The position numbers and the translations under genes were made by a program. The notes under the pieces are model-generated. The model worked only from the letters and a program-made list of their open reading frames with translations. It was not told the DNA's origin and ran no database searches. A stretch of DNA of 64,000 nucleotides from Prorocentrum cordatum (lineage: Eukaryota): the NCBI GenBank assembly GCA_963575745.1, contig CAUYUJ010000170.1, positions 372,001-436,000 of the forward strand, written 5' to 3'. Shown in pieces: positions 63,906 through 64,000 of this stretch; position 1 is the stretch's first letter, and every line of letters begins with the position of its first letter.

Positions 63906-64000
63906 GGCTCGTGCCGAAATGCCAGCGCAGTCTTTGAGACGCGACAGGGAATTCCCATCGGTAACCGCCAACGCGGCTGATCTGTGCCGATCTGACTTCG

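Overview
Eukaryotic, GC-rich, repeat-dominated DNA that is almost certainly from a dinoflagellate. Two exact copies of the 22-nt dinoflagellate spliced leader (TCCGTAGCCATTTTGGCTCAAG) lie on the minus strand, and the candidate introns use GC/GA donors; a Prorocentrum-like genome is an inference only. Most of the supplied ORFs are artefacts of microsatellites and satellites. What the sequence supports: (1) a near full-length but decayed APE-RT LINE (41183-48481, minus) whose 5' end is a complete spliced leader and which sits inside a (CCT)n tract; (2) a second SL-capped 2.3 kb retrocopy inside a (CAT)n tract; (3) an older LINE ORF2 relic, and a 5'-truncated RNase H-bearing LINE also inside (CCT)n; (4) a decayed ~5.3 kb intronless reading frame with a Upf1-like SF1 helicase, a possible RNase III-like region, Cys motifs and a W/G-rich tail; (5) a likely multi-exon membrane-protein gene spanning about 18.8-56.9 kb (minus), whose final codons are interrupted by a poly(A)-tailed composite retroelement with a 15-bp TSD that could be spliced out exactly as a GA-AG intron; (6) satellite arrays repeatedly followed by one shared 3' stem-loop motif, plus several MITE/foldback elements. 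All domain calls come from reading motifs by eye; no searches were run.
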